A DNA stretch of 64,000 nucleotides from an uncultured Verrucomicrobiales bacterium. Lineage in GTDB: Bacteria; Verrucomicrobiota; Verrucomicrobiia; Verrucomicrobiales; DEV007. Both the position numbers and the translations under genes were made by a program. Location of the stretch: contig CALKOM010000057.1 of NCBI GenBank assembly GCA_938091905.1, forward strand, positions 1-64,000, written 5' to 3'. The notes beneath the pieces are model-generated. The model was given only the letters and a program-made list of their open reading frames with translations, made no database searches and was not told the DNA's origin. This document shows, piece after piece, positions 19,752-30,443 of this stretch; positions within the stretch are counted from its first letter, which is position 1, and every line of letters starts with the position of its first letter.

Positions 19752-22439
19752 TTATTTGACAGTTTCCTGTGGCTCGAATGTGAGCCGGTCCAGGTTCATG
19801 AAGGGACCGCCGCCCTTGGGGTTCACGAAAACAACGCATAGATGGTGTAGTCCGCCCGGATCGTTTATCACAGCTTCGACTTCAGTCCAAATCTCCCACC
19901 CGCTGGTGGCCTCGAATGGAATCTGAGCGATCAACTTTCCGCTAGGATCATTCTGTCGAAGCTCAATGCTACCAGCGGATTCGGGAGCGGCGATCCGTGC
20001 AGTGATCGCTTTGATACCGGAGAGATTGACACGTTCGTATATCAGATAGTGTCCTTGACTGATACTGCCAACGAACTGCCCATTGCTGGCGGTGTCGCTT
20101 TCGAGGGTTTGCGTGCCGTGCTTGCTCGAGAAGTGTTCACCCTCGACCAAGCGAGAGCGGAGCCGGATCTCGTCTTTGCGTGTGAGCGGAGGCATGCCGC
20201 CACCGCCGAAATCGGTGTAAGAGGCTTGCCAGACGGCCATGGCACCCGCACCACTCTTTAACCAGTCTGGGCGCTGAGCCAAGGTCGTTCCGCGGAAGTC
20301 TTGGCTCATGCCGTCGCGCTGGCTGGAGTCTTTGAGAGAATAGATCCAGCGAACGATTGAAGCGGCTTGCTGCCTGGACAGATCAATGTGTGGAAGCATG
20401 GGGATCTCTCCCCATACTTTACTCGAGCCATTGATGATTCGATTCGCGGTTTTGTGGACAGCGGCTTCTTGATCTTCCTCGTCAGCGTAGCGGAGAGCGA
20501 TCTCAGCAAACGATGGTCCAACGACGCGTCGGTTAATGGCGTGGCAATTGAGACAGTCACTTTTCTGAATCAATGAGAGGGCCCCAGCATGTTGGCCTGA
20601 GCCGGAGAGATAAGCAGCTTCGGCGTTGCCTGGCGTGTCTGTGTGAAAAAACTGATTGAGCAAGAGACGCGAACGCATGAAGTCGGCGGTCTCCCTGGAT
20701 GAGCCATCTTCGGCATCGTCGACAGCGACTTCGTAGGAAATTGTGCTTCCCCAATCGAAGAAGCCGCCATCCACAGGTGCCAAGAAGCGAACGCTGGGCG
20801 CTTCGTTTCCAACGACGAGATGGGCGGACTCGGAAGTTGCCGCACCGTTGTCGTCCGTCACTGTCAATCGAACATCATACTCGCCGGGTTCGTTTAGGAT
20901 GAAGGTCGCTTCGCGTGTGCTTTGGGATTCGAACTCCGCACCGAGGACTTCCCAACGGAACGATAGCGTATCGCCCGCGTCGGGATCCGAGCTGTCGACT
21001 GCTGTAAACGTTGCTGTGAGAGGATGTTTGCCTTCGGTTGGAGACGTCACCAGAATCTTAGCATCTGGTGGGCGATTGCCAGGATGGTAGTCTATGCGCA
21101 AAAGGCGGGCTTCCGCATTGATCCCCCAAGTGGTGCCGTAGTCGAGCATGTAAAGAGCACCTTCAGGACCGATGCGCATGTCAACGGGGCGATTCAGGCT
21201 CAGCTCGGTGAGGAACGGCTCGATAGAGACGATGTTAGAGTCGCCGTCGAGCTTTACTCTTTTGATGAACTTTCGTTCCCAATCGAAGAAGATCAGCGAG
21301 CGATCAAGTTCTTCGGGAAGCTTGGTTGGAGATTTGAGCGTGGGGTCGAAGTGATAGACGGGGCCGGCACATGCAGTTCGACCGCCCTTGCCGAGCATGG
21401 AAAACTCCTTGGAGTCCGCGTAGGGATAGAAGATCCAGGCGGGTTGCGGAGTCGGCAGGATCTTGGAGCCGGTGTTGGTGGGAGAACGATTCTCAGGGGT
21501 GCCTACATCGTAGAGTGGGCCGGCTTTCTTGGTTTCAAAGTCCCAGTCCGAATACGCTCGATTGTCTCCGATGAAGAAGGGCCAACCAAAGTTGCCGGCA
21601 GCACGTGCTTGGTTGAGTTCGTCATAACCACGCGGTCCTCGGTCACTCTCGCCACCGGCATCGGGCCCAACATCGCCCCAGTAAACGTAGCCTGTGCGTT
21701 GGTCGACGTTCATCCGCCAGGGGTTGCGGCAGCCCATGACGTAGATCTCTGGCTTTCCAGAGATAGGTCCTCCTGCGGGAAAGAGGTTGCCTTCAGGGAT
21801 CGCGTATTCGCCATCGGCCTGAGGGCGAATACGCAGGATCTTGCCGCGCAAGTCGTTGGTGTTTCCCGCCGTGTCTTGGGCATCGTAAACATGCTTGCCC
21901 TCGCGCTCATCAAGCGGGGCGTAGCCACCGGAATCTCCGCCGGGATGGGTGTTGTCGCCCGTTGAAATAAAGAGGTTTCCATCCGGACCAAACTCTAAGG
22001 ACCCGGCGTGGTGACAGCAGTCATCTCGATGAGTGGGCACCTTGAGAACGACCTTCTCTGAGCTGGGGTCGAGAACGTCCCCCTTGAGGGTAAAGCGACT
22101 GACAAACTGCCCAACGAAAACTTCTGTGGGCGGCGAATACATGAGGTAGAGCCACTGGTTCTCGCTGAAGTTGGGATCCAAGGTCAGGCCGATGAGGCCG
22201 GCCTCCTGCTTAGCAAAGACTTCCAGTTCAGCGGCGATGGTCGTGTGCCGAGTGTCCGGATGATAGATCTGCAGTTTACCTTCGAGTTCGATGAAGAAGA
22301 CGCGGCCGTCTGGGGAGACGTCGAGCTCCAAAGGCCGCTGGAGATCCTTCGCGAGTAAAGTAGCGGTGAAACGATTCTCCTGGTAGGGGGCCGCTACTGC
22401 TACAATTACACTAGCATAGAGCGCTAGAGCAGTCCGCAT
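19752..22439 (-). CDS. Secreted PQQ-dependent sugar dehydrogenase (GSDH beta-propeller) + PKD + cytochrome c + CBM6
   Basis: CCHHAGSLEFGPDGNLFISTGDN, LRGKILRI, GCRNPWR, GNFGWP; PKD (SSDPD...W...LTVTD); CLNCH heme motif with downstream PM; CBM6 (IELR...TSGW..W). Confidence 0.88.
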   Translation of the reverse strand: MRTALALYASVIVAVAAPYQENRFTATLLAKDLQRPLELDVSPDGRVFFIELEGKLQIYHPDTRHTTIAAELEVFAKQEAGLIGLTLDPNFSENQWLYLMYSPPTEVFVGQFVSRFTLKGDVLDPSSEKVVLKVPTHRDDCCHHAGSLEFGPDGNLFISTGDNTHPGGDSGGYAPLDEREGKHVYDAQDTAGNTNDLRGKILRIRPQADGEYAIPEGNLFPAGGPISGKPEIYVMGCRNPWRMNVDQRTGYVYWGDVGPDAGGESDRGPRGYDELNQARAAGNFGWPFFIGDNRAYSDWDFETKKAGPLYDVGTPENRSPTNTGSKILPTPQPAWIFYPYADSKEFSMLGKGGRTACAGPVYHFDPTLKSPTKLPEELDRSLIFFDWERKFIKRVKLDGDSNIVSIEPFLTELSLNRPVDMRIGPEGALYMLDYGTTWGINAEARLLRIDYHPGNRPPDAKILVTSPTEGKHPLTATFTAVDSSDPDAGDTLSFRWEVLGAEFESQSTREATFILNEPGEYDVRLTVTDDNGAATSESAHLVVGNEAPSVRFLAPVDGGFFDWGSTISYEVAVDDAEDGSSRETADFMRSRLLLNQFFHTDTPGNAEAAYLSGSGQHAGALSLIQKSDCLNCHAINRRVVGPSFAEIALRYADEEDQEAAVHKTANRIINGSSKVWGEIPMLPHIDLSRQQAASIVRWIYSLKDSSQRDGMSQDFRGTTLAQRPDWLKSGAGAMAVWQASYTDFGGGGMPPLTRKDEIRLRSRLVEGEHFSSKHGTQTLESDTASNGQFVGSISQGHYLIYERVNLSGIKAITARIAAPESAGSIELRQNDPSGKLIAQIPFEATSGWEIWTEVEAVINDPGGLHHLCVVFVNPKGGGPFMNLDRLTFEPQETVK

Positions 22440-22446
22440 GAGAATG

Positions 22447-24069
22447 CTAGGAATTCAGGTTAGTCCGCGCGGAAGCCCCAGGCGTGCGCATGTCTTTCTT
22501 CCATTGCTCAGGTTTCTCGTCCTGGATGCTGTCGTCTTCATACTTCTCGACGAGTCCCTGAAGCTGCTTCTTTAGATCTGTGGTGATCGCGTCGTAGCCG
22601 GGCTTCCCGTAAAGATTGGAGAGTTCTTCCGGATCGTTCTCGAGATCGTAGAGTTCCCACTCATCGCCGAAGCGATAGAAATTCATCAGCTTGTAACGCG
22701 TTGTCCGGATACCATTGTGGCGTGGAATCATGTGCACGCTCGGGTACTCATAGTAGTGATAGTAGATGCTGGTTCTCCAGTCGTCTGGGTTGCGTCCTTT
22801 GAGGAGTGGTACGAGCGACCTACCTTGCATGTCTTTGGGAATAGGAGCGTTGGCCATGTCCAGGAAGGTCTGGGCGTAATCGAGATTCTGAATCATGTGC
22901 GTGCTGCGAGAACCAGGAATGGTGGTGCCAGGCCATTTGATGACGAAGGGCATTTTTAGGGACTCTTCGTACATCCAGCGCTTGTCGTACCAGCCGTGGT
23001 CGCCGATGTAGAAACCTTGGTCAGAGGAGTAAATGACGATGGTGTTTTCATCGAGACCTAACTCTGTCAACGTGCCACGAAGACGTCCGATTCCTTCATC
23101 GACACCCTTGATACAACGAAGGTAGTTCTTGGCATAGCGCTGGTACTTCCAACGCACGAGATCTTTGCCCGTGAGTTTGGCTTGATGGAAGGCTTCATCC
23201 TTGGGCCCGTAGGCCGCACGCCAAGCCTTGAGCTGGCCTGCGCTCATCCGCTTCATGTTATTCCAAGCAGAGCGGTCTTGGCGTTTCTGCGAGGGTTGCT
23301 GATTGAACTCAGGTGTGAGATCGACGAAGAGGTCGTAGTTGAGATCCATGTGCCGATCGATCTCCAGTTCCTGATGGCGCGCCGGAGGGGCGTTGTCCTT
23401 CCAATCGTCGAAGAGCGTTGAGGGCTCTGGGATGGTGATGTCGTCATACAAATGCAAGTGTCTCATGGCTGGCATCCAGCAACGATGGGGAGCCTTGTGC
23501 TGGACCATGAGCATGAAAGGCTTCTCAGGATCGCGATCACTTGTCAGCCAGTTAACAGCGGCATCCGTTACGATATCCGTACAATAGCCTTGCACTTGTA
23601 CACGGCCTTCGGGCGTGATGAGGAAAGGATTATAGTAGTCGCCTTGCCCTGGAAGGACTTTCCAGTCGTCGAAACCTTGCGGTTTGCCCTTCAAATGGGA
23701 CTTCCCGTAGAGCGCGGTTTGGTAGCCCTTCTTTTGTAGGATCTTTGGGAATATCTGTTGGTCCCAATCGAAGGCGTTTCCGTTGTTCATGAAGCCATTC
23801 TTATGGCTGTGCTTCCCTGACATGATGACGGCGCGACTCGGTCCGCAGATCGAGTTGGTGCAGAAGCTCTTCTCAAACAGCATGCCCTCTGCCGCGAGCT
23901 GATCGATGTTCGGCGTGGGATTGACCGACTTCAGGAAGCCATTGTAGGCGCCGATCGCATGGGGAGCGTGATCGTCCGTAAAGATGAAGAGAATATTTGG
24001 AGTCTGCGCCGTGAGGGAACTGAGCGTGGCGAAGAGGAAACTACTGAGAAGGAGGTAAATCCGATGCAT
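22447..24069 (-). CDS. Formylglycine-dependent sulfatase (N-acetylglucosamine-6-sulfatase-like)
   Basis: PNILFIFTDDH, CGPSRA, HKAPH, SDQG...G.HG..DKR..YEES. Confidence 0.92.
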   Translation of the reverse strand: MHRIYLLLSSFLFATLSSLTAQTPNILFIFTDDHAPHAIGAYNGFLKSVNPTPNIDQLAAEGMLFEKSFCTNSICGPSRAVIMSGKHSHKNGFMNNGNAFDWDQQIFPKILQKKGYQTALYGKSHLKGKPQGFDDWKVLPGQGDYYNPFLITPEGRVQVQGYCTDIVTDAAVNWLTSDRDPEKPFMLMVQHKAPHRCWMPAMRHLHLYDDITIPEPSTLFDDWKDNAPPARHQELEIDRHMDLNYDLFVDLTPEFNQQPSQKRQDRSAWNNMKRMSAGQLKAWRAAYGPKDEAFHQAKLTGKDLVRWKYQRYAKNYLRCIKGVDEGIGRLRGTLTELGLDENTIVIYSSDQGFYIGDHGWYDKRWMYEESLKMPFVIKWPGTTIPGSRSTHMIQNLDYAQTFLDMANAPIPKDMQGRSLVPLLKGRNPDDWRTSIYYHYYEYPSVHMIPRHNGIRTTRYKLMNFYRFGDEWELYDLENDPEELSNLYGKPGYDAITTDLKKQLQGLVEKYEDDSIQDEKPEQWKKDMRTPGASARTNLNS

Positions 24070-24151
24070 ACGTGGTCATTTAACCCCAACACAGGGAATG
24101 GTAGCAATCCTCAAGTCTTCCTGCCTGGGCAAAACTTGCTGACTCAGGTGG

Positions 24152-24334
24152 GCCGATCTTGCCAAGAAAGCGATCGAAATGCTGCCTGAAGAAGACAAGC
24201 GCTAACTCGTTGGTTGGTTCAAAGATCACCGTTTCGTTGTCGAATCTTCCGCGGTTCTCGAGTCCATTTACGACGAGGAAGATGGGGGAGAAAGCCGGTT
24301 GATCGATGAAGGGGAGGACGAGCAATGCTTATGA
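24152..24334 (+). pseudogene. Decayed putative antitoxin
   Basis: ADLAKKAIEMLPEEDKR*LVGWF... then an acidic tail. In-frame TAA at 24203-24205; its TGA overlaps the toxin ATG (ATGA, 24331-24334). Confidence 0.5.
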
Positions 24335-24552
24335 ATCGCGGCGAGGTCAGTTACATCATTTGCATAGCCAACCCGCTCGGCACCGCTTATGAAATCCCCT
24401 ACCGGGCGCGTGGCATGAAACCAGATGCCTCCGACGTTCGAGGCCTCGGCGCCACAGACCAAAGCCGCTTCCTGAGGAAGCTAGGCCGCTTGAACAAAGC
24501 CACGCTTAAGCAAGTCGAGACTATGGTCAAGGCCTGGCTCGGTCTAAAGTAA
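24331..24552 (+). pseudogene. Internally deleted PemK/MazF-family toxin
   Basis: MNRGEV N-terminus and SRFLRKLGRL...L..VE..VK.WLGL C-terminus are PemK-like; the catalytic 'RP.LV.S' segment is absent. Confidence 0.6.
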
Positions 24553-25060
24553 CTTCTTTCCTTAGTCGCTTCGTAATGCTTGTGTTAAGGATCGTCTTGA
24601 AATCAGCGCGCTAGCACGTATGGTTCGCTTGATTCAGGTCTATTGCATCCATGGCTCGCAAGAGGTGTGACCACACTGGGTAAACATAAACACGATTGAG
24701 GAATGGTTTGTATCGTGGAAGGCTGGTCATCAAGCTTATGTTGAGCGGTCGGCCCATGAAGCTGTCACAGAAGTGGCAACACTTTCCATTGCAAGGCGAG
24801 CCCGTCCTCAAGGAACTGTGGCCAGTTCCACTACGAGATGAATACTCCTTTCTACGTCCTTTACTTGGGCTCTATGACAGTCCGGTTTGCTATTGGCAAT
24901 AGCGTATGGTGAATCTTATCGCCAGTGGCCGAGGCTGCGAGATTGTAGAGTAATGCTATGGTCGAGGGTCCCGAAAGTTCGGACCTCCGACAACGTGACC
25001 AGTCCAGTAAGGCGCATAGGGTGCTAAACACAGACCCTATTGCGCGGCAGTAGATATGCT

Positions 25061-26644
25061 CTATTCCTTGAGTGATGCTAGCAACTTGCCTAGAATCGCT
25101 TGGCGCTCTTGACCATCCTTGGCGTTCTCCAGGCGGTTGGTAACTTCAAGAAGAAGTTTGGCGTAGTCGTTGTGCCAGTCATTCTTGAGAGACGCTTCAT
25201 AGGCGGGAACCCCGCTGCGGCCAGTGGATTTGACGCCGCTGGCAACGAGTTCGAAGGATTCGTCGAAGGCGGGAAGATGGATCTTGTCTTTGTCGATGCC
25301 TTTCTTAGCGATGAGTTCGCGCAAGGCGGCGCGGGCATCGTCGTCGCCGTGATTGAGAAAGAGGCCGCCGACGACTGGGGCGCGTTCCGTGATCCAGTCG
25401 ACCAATTCACTTCTATCTGCGTGGGCGGAGTAATTGCCCAGGCGCCGGATGTTGGCCTTAATCTTGTAGAGTTCGCCGTGAATCTTCACGTCTTCAGCGC
25501 CGCTGGTGATGATGTGGCCGAGGGTGCCGGGGGATTGGTAGCCGACAAAGAGGATTGTACACTTGTCTCGCCAAATATTGGCTTTTAAATGGTGCTGGAT
25601 TCGTCCGGCATCGCACATGCCACTGGCGGAGATGATGATGGCACCTTTTTTGATACGATTGACGGCCTTGCTTTCGTCGACGGATTCGACCATGCGGAAA
25701 TTCTTGTGGCGGAAGAGTTCGGAAGGATCAACGTCGATGTCTTCCAAGACGCCGACGTGTTTCATGAAGACCTTGGTGACCTTGCGTGCCAACGGAGAGT
25801 CTAGATAGACTTCAGCATTCTCGATCTCGCCAGTTGCTACGAGAACCCCGATGTCGTGCAACAGTTCTTGGCTGCGCTCGACTGCGAATGACGGGATGAC
25901 CACGTTGCCGCCACGAGCGAGCCCTTCGACTAACTCGTCTCGCAAGGCCTCACGACGTTTTACCAAGGTGTAGTCATCGCGGTCACGATCACCATAGGTG
26001 CTTTCGCAAATGAGATAATCAAAGCCGTCGGGCGCGTCAGGTTCGGGGTGGAATACTTTCTCTTCGGGGCCGATATCACCTGAGAAGAGCATCCGCATGG
26101 GGGCGTCACTATCGCTTTCTTTAAGCTTTAGCTCAGCAGATGCGGATCCAAGAATGTGACCTGCATTCCAGAAGCGTATGTTGACGCCTGGCTTGGGTTC
26201 GAACCACTGGTCGTAGTCGACTGCTCGGAGTTGTTTCAAGGTTTGCTGCGCATCTTCCTCAACGTAGAGTGGTTGGACTTGCGGGAGGCCGCGGCGTTTC
26301 TTCTTCCGATTGAGATGCTCTGTATTGGAGACTTGAATGGAAGCACCATCCAACAGCATGAATTCTAACAAATCAACAGTAGAGCTTGTCGCGTAGATAG
26401 GACCGTTAAATCCGTGTTTGACCAACTTGGGCAAGAGTCCCGAGTGATCGATGTGCGCGTGAGTGAGGATGAGGAACTCGACGTCCCTGGGATCAAACGG
26501 AAACTCCTCGTAGTTGAGCTTTTGAGTCGTCTTGTTTCCTTGAAACAAACCACAGTCTACCATAAACTGAGCCGTATCGGTCGTGATATGAGAACAAGAT
26601 CCGGTCACTGTGCCGGCCGCACCGCAGAACTTGAGAGTCGCCAT
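25061..26644 (-). CDS. MBL-fold beta-CASP ribonuclease
   Basis: GAAG.VTGS, DCG, THAHIDHSG, AGHILGS, SGD, ESTYG, SGMC..GRI, SAHAD, HG. Confidence 0.92.
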   Translation of the reverse strand: MATLKFCGAAGTVTGSCSHITTDTAQFMVDCGLFQGNKTTQKLNYEEFPFDPRDVEFLILTHAHIDHSGLLPKLVKHGFNGPIYATSSTVDLLEFMLLDGASIQVSNTEHLNRKKKRRGLPQVQPLYVEEDAQQTLKQLRAVDYDQWFEPKPGVNIRFWNAGHILGSASAELKLKESDSDAPMRMLFSGDIGPEEKVFHPEPDAPDGFDYLICESTYGDRDRDDYTLVKRREALRDELVEGLARGGNVVIPSFAVERSQELLHDIGVLVATGEIENAEVYLDSPLARKVTKVFMKHVGVLEDIDVDPSELFRHKNFRMVESVDESKAVNRIKKGAIIISASGMCDAGRIQHHLKANIWRDKCTILFVGYQSPGTLGHIITSGAEDVKIHGELYKIKANIRRLGNYSAHADRSELVDWITERAPVVGGLFLNHGDDDARAALRELIAKKGIDKDKIHLPAFDESFELVASGVKSTGRSGVPAYEASLKNDWHNDYAKLLLEVTNRLENAKDGQERQAILGKLLASLKE

Positions 26645-26678
26645 TTGGTTGGATCCTAGCGTCCAAATCCGGAAGCGT

Positions 26679-27470
26679 CTACCCTTTGATAGCCGTCAAT
26701 CGAGAGAGGGCGACGGCAGCACTGGTCGCCGCATTGAGAGAATCGACGCCGTTTGCCATGGGGATCTTAACGACCTGGTGGCAGCGATCTAGCCAAAACT
26801 CGCTGAGGCCATGATCTTCTGGACCGATGAGCAGGACGATCTTCTTGGCGTTCGGAGTGAAGTCCTGGATGGAAACGGCATTGTCTGTGAGCGCGAGGGC
26901 GACGAGTTCAATGTTCTGTTGTTCGGACAGCCATTTCAAATCGTCGTCTAGGCACGGGCTTGAAACTACTGGTAGACGAAAGGCCGATCCGGTGGAGGTG
27001 CGAATGGCTTTCCGATACCATGGCGAGGCACCCGCAATACTTGTGATGACGGCCCCTGCGCCGAGAGCGGCGGCGTTTCGGATGAGCGCACCGACATTGC
27101 CGGGATCTGCGAGGAGAGGAGCAATGACCCATGGGCGTGGATCCGTTAGGTGTTGTGGGGATTTGGATAGCCAATCGCGAACTGAAAGGGGTTCTGGCTT
27201 CCGGGCAGCCGCAAGCACGCCGCGATGGAATTGGAAACCGAGGAGCTTATTTGCTTCTTCTTGAGTTACTGTTAGCGCTGGAATCTCATCGGGGACGTTG
27301 TCGCGGAGAGCGTCGTGCTGCCCTTCGATCACGACGACGGAGTGCACCTCGATGGTAGGCTGTTCCAACAAACACTCGACGAGCCATCGACCTTCGCAAA
27401 TGAACCAGGGCGAGGTGCGGTAGTTGTCGTCATTTTGGTAGACGCTGAGAAGGGTGTCCCTGTCGTTCAT
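26679..27470 (-). CDS. TrmH/SpoU RNA 2'-O-methyltransferase
   Basis: DPGNVGALIR.A.ALG, GPE..GLS, IPM...VDSLN.A. Confidence 0.9.
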   Translation of the reverse strand: MNDRDTLLSVYQNDDNYRTSPWFICEGRWLVECLLEQPTIEVHSVVVIEGQHDALRDNVPDEIPALTVTQEEANKLLGFQFHRGVLAAARKPEPLSVRDWLSKSPQHLTDPRPWVIAPLLADPGNVGALIRNAAALGAGAVITSIAGASPWYRKAIRTSTGSAFRLPVVSSPCLDDDLKWLSEQQNIELVALALTDNAVSIQDFTPNAKKIVLLIGPEDHGLSEFWLDRCHQVVKIPMANGVDSLNAATSAAVALSRLTAIKG

Positions 27471-27560
27471 GGTCGGAGAGAAGGGTGTGGTTGGTCGGCG
27501 TGAACGTAGAAATGCCTGGCCAGGCCGATGAGGCGTCAGTAGGTTTCTGCTAAGGCGTGG

Positions 27561-28732
27561 TTGTTGAAAGGATGCCTCTCGGCTTGCAGCGTACTCTTTT
27601 TAAACCTGACTTCGGTGATAGGGCAAGGGGTTGCTTACGTTCGAACCAACGAATTGCTGGCGAGGGGGACGACTGAGGCTGAGCCTCCTCGCGAGTGGGT
27701 CGAGTTGTTCAATGGTTCGACGCAGGGACAAGACCTCTCTGGGTATCGTCTCCGACAAGGTGATGACGAGTTTGTGATCGAGACCTTGCAGATGGATGCA
27801 GGCGGGTTTGCTGTGATCCAGCCAAGCATTCGGTTGCGTGGGCGTGGTGGTGATTTGGTATTGTTAGCTCCTGATGGAGACGGGTTCATCGCCTCTCTCG
27901 ATCCAGAGTATCCGCCTCAGTTTACCGGAGTCTCCTATAGTATCGATGCTCGTGGCGAACGCGCTTTCTTTGTTGAGCCGACGCCGGGTCGCAAGAACGG
28001 CAATGGCTATCTTGGGGTGTGTGCGGAGCCGCTTGCGGATCGCGAGCGCGGTTTCTATGAGAAGCCGTTTATTGTGAAGCTAGAGTCAAGCGCTCCTGGA
28101 ACGGTCATTCTCTACACCTTGGATGGTTACAGTCCGTATCTGAATCGCAGGAAGGTCTATAGCGAAGGGATTCCAAACTATAAGACGATGGCATTGCGAG
28201 CGGTGGCTCTTCGGAAAGGGTGTGTAAATAGTCGTGTGATCACGCACACGTATCTCTTTCTAGATCAGGTCATCACACAGCCAGCACGTCCTAGACGTTT
28301 CCCGAATCAATGGGGCGTGGTCTTCGGTTTGGGAACAAGGTTCCTGGAGACTATGAGATGGATCCTCGCGTGACGAGGCGCACTCAGCCGGGTTATGGAC
28401 TGCGCGATTCCTTGCTCGATCTCCCTACAGTTTCCGTGGTGTTGCCTGTCGATCATCTGTTTGGAGCGAAGACTGACATTTATGCACATACTGAGATGCG
28501 TGGGATGGATTGGGAACGTGCCAAGTCCATGGAGTGGATTTAGCCAGAGGGCGGAAAGGCTTTCCAGGTGAATGCGGGGATTCGTACGCAGGGTAATTCT
28601 AGCAGACGTGTTGAGCGGATGCAGAAACATTCGTTTCGGGTCGCCTTCCAAAGTCAGTATGGGGTGAAGAAGTTCCGCTTTCCGATCTTTGGCTTTATCG
28701 GCCCGGTAGCTTTGGGAGCACGGAAGCTATAA
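27561..28732 (+). pseudogene. Decayed LTD / Fn3-associated / CotH paralog
   Basis: NELLA...EWVELFN (LTD); ERGFY...YTLDG...THTYLF; frameshift near 28330; YEMDPRV...WER..SMEWI* (TAG 28541); then AGIRTQG.SSR...KHSFR.F...YG. Truncated early in the kinase domain. Confidence 0.8.
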
Positions 28733-28779
28733 TCAGCGGTCTCAAGTGGGGGCCTGCGTCTGGTGTTGGCCGCACAAGT

Positions 28780-30359
28780 GTGGCCATGAACGTGGGTATC
28801 TGGGATTCGAGTGTAACCGTGCCAGCCCCTGCCGTCGGACAGGTTCTCAGGCTTACGGGCGAGAATCCTTTCTTTGCGGTGAACTGGAGTGTAGAGACAC
28901 ATTCTGTCGCGGTCACGTTTACGTTGAAGAAAGACGCTCCTGAGAATGGCGTCTTTCCCACTCCGGTTTGGTTAGGGGTGCATGATGGGACATTTGATCT
29001 CTTTACCGTGGCGAGGCTGCTTCTGCCGGTCTTGAGCGATTGGCCGAGGATGGGAATACCGCCCCGCTTAGCGCAGTATTTGCGGTCTCTTCAGGTGCAG
29101 GGCTAGATCTAACCCTGGCCACGATGGATGTCGTGCCTCCTTTCGCTCCCGGAGAGTCGGCAACGATCACTTTGACGCTAGGTGCGAATAATCGGCAGCA
29201 TCGTTACCTGAGTTTCGCGAGCATGGTCATTCTTAGCAATGATGCCTTCATCGGAAACAGCGATCCCATGGCCTATCCAATCTTTGATGAATCGGGCAAC
29301 GTGATTCTCAATGCGATCCTTCGCTTGGGTGCTCAGATTTATGATGCTGGCACGGAGGTGAACGATGAAACGCCAGCGAACACAGCTTTCTTTGGGCAAG
29401 CCGCTCCTGACACAGGTGTGACGGAGGGCGGTGTGATCGCTTTGCATACCGGTTTTGATCCTGCCAACTCGGGCGGTATCCTTGGCACGGCGATGTTTGC
29501 CAATGCAGATTTCACCGCGGATGACTATTCCCTTCTTAGGCTCGGCGTGGGCGGAGGTTTTAACATCACTGAAGTGACGTTGGTTGGCGATGTCTACAAT
29601 ATCGTCTGGGACGGAGGTAGGGCGCCGTTCCAAGTTCAGTGGAGTCGCAATCTCCAAGAATGGACGGATGTCGGTGAGGTGATGAATGATAGGGCAGTCG
29701 AGATTGAATTGCTACGGGAGGATCGAGCTTTCTTCCGTGTGATCCAGGGGGCGGTGACCGCCCCGCAGACGGCCATGTTTGAACTTACCTTTGATTCAGT
29801 CTGGAGTGCGGCGACGCATCCGACAGATTTCCTCGCTGGAACCCCGCATTTCTCCGGGCTAATTGGATCGATCTACAATGGCAATGACAGTCTCTGGGCC
29901 CCTGGCGGCACGACAACACCTGGAATCCGAAATGTGGCAGAGACGGGAGGCAAGTCGCCCCTTGATGACGAGATTGAGGCGCTGATTTCTGGAGGAAATA
30001 CGGCTAGTGTGATCTCAGGTGGTGGCATTGGGCGTTCACCTGGGCAAGTCAGCGTGCAATTCGATGCTGATCAAGATTTCCCTTTGCTCAGTCTGGTTTC
30101 GATGATCGCCCCGAGCCCCGACTGGTTTGTTGGGATACATGACCTTGCACTTTTTGAGAATGGGCAGTGGATCGAAGAGGTGGTCGTTCAGCTTCATCCC
30201 TATAATGCAGGCACTGACAATGGTGAGACCTATGTCGCACCCAATGCAACGACGACACCCCAAGGCGAGATCACTAGAATCGTGGCGCCTTCGCCGCTCG
30301 CCTTTGACGGCGTGGTTGCTCCCTTTGGGACCTTCACTATTCGGAGAATCGTTTCCTAA
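28780..30359 (+). pseudogene. Two-Spondin_N-domain protein, frameshifted and lacking its 5' end
   Basis: TPVWLGVHDG.FDLF, then a 1-nt loss near 29010, then GLERLAEDG...SFASM...SNDAF...YDAGTE; second domain THP.DF...HFS...MIAPSPDWFVG...AGTD. No signal peptide. Confidence 0.7.
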
Positions 30360-30380
30360 AACCTTCTATATTCTGACCTC

Positions 30381-30420
30381 ACACAGGCGCAACTCGAGGA
30401 GACTTGAGTTGCGCCTGTGT
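30381..30420 (+). terminator. Long stem-loop (terminator or mRNA 3' stabiliser)
   Basis: Perfect 15-bp inverted repeat acacaggcgcaactc/gagttgcgcctgtgt, extendable to a GAGA loop; no U tract. Confidence 0.55.
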
Positions 30421-30443
30421 CGTTCACAGGTCTAAGGTCGCCC

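Noticed and set aside
21024..21965. 313-aa plus-strand ORF
   Set aside because: Antisense shadow of the well-supported dehydrogenase, with no recognisable motifs. The same applies to the other overlapping short ORFs.
4406..28543. In-frame TAG codons (4406, 28541) as evidence of stop-codon recoding
   Set aside because: TAG terminates many intact genes (rpmI, rplT, pheT), and the affected genes also carry frameshifts or eroded motifs. In-frame TGA and TAA occur in other pseudogenes too.
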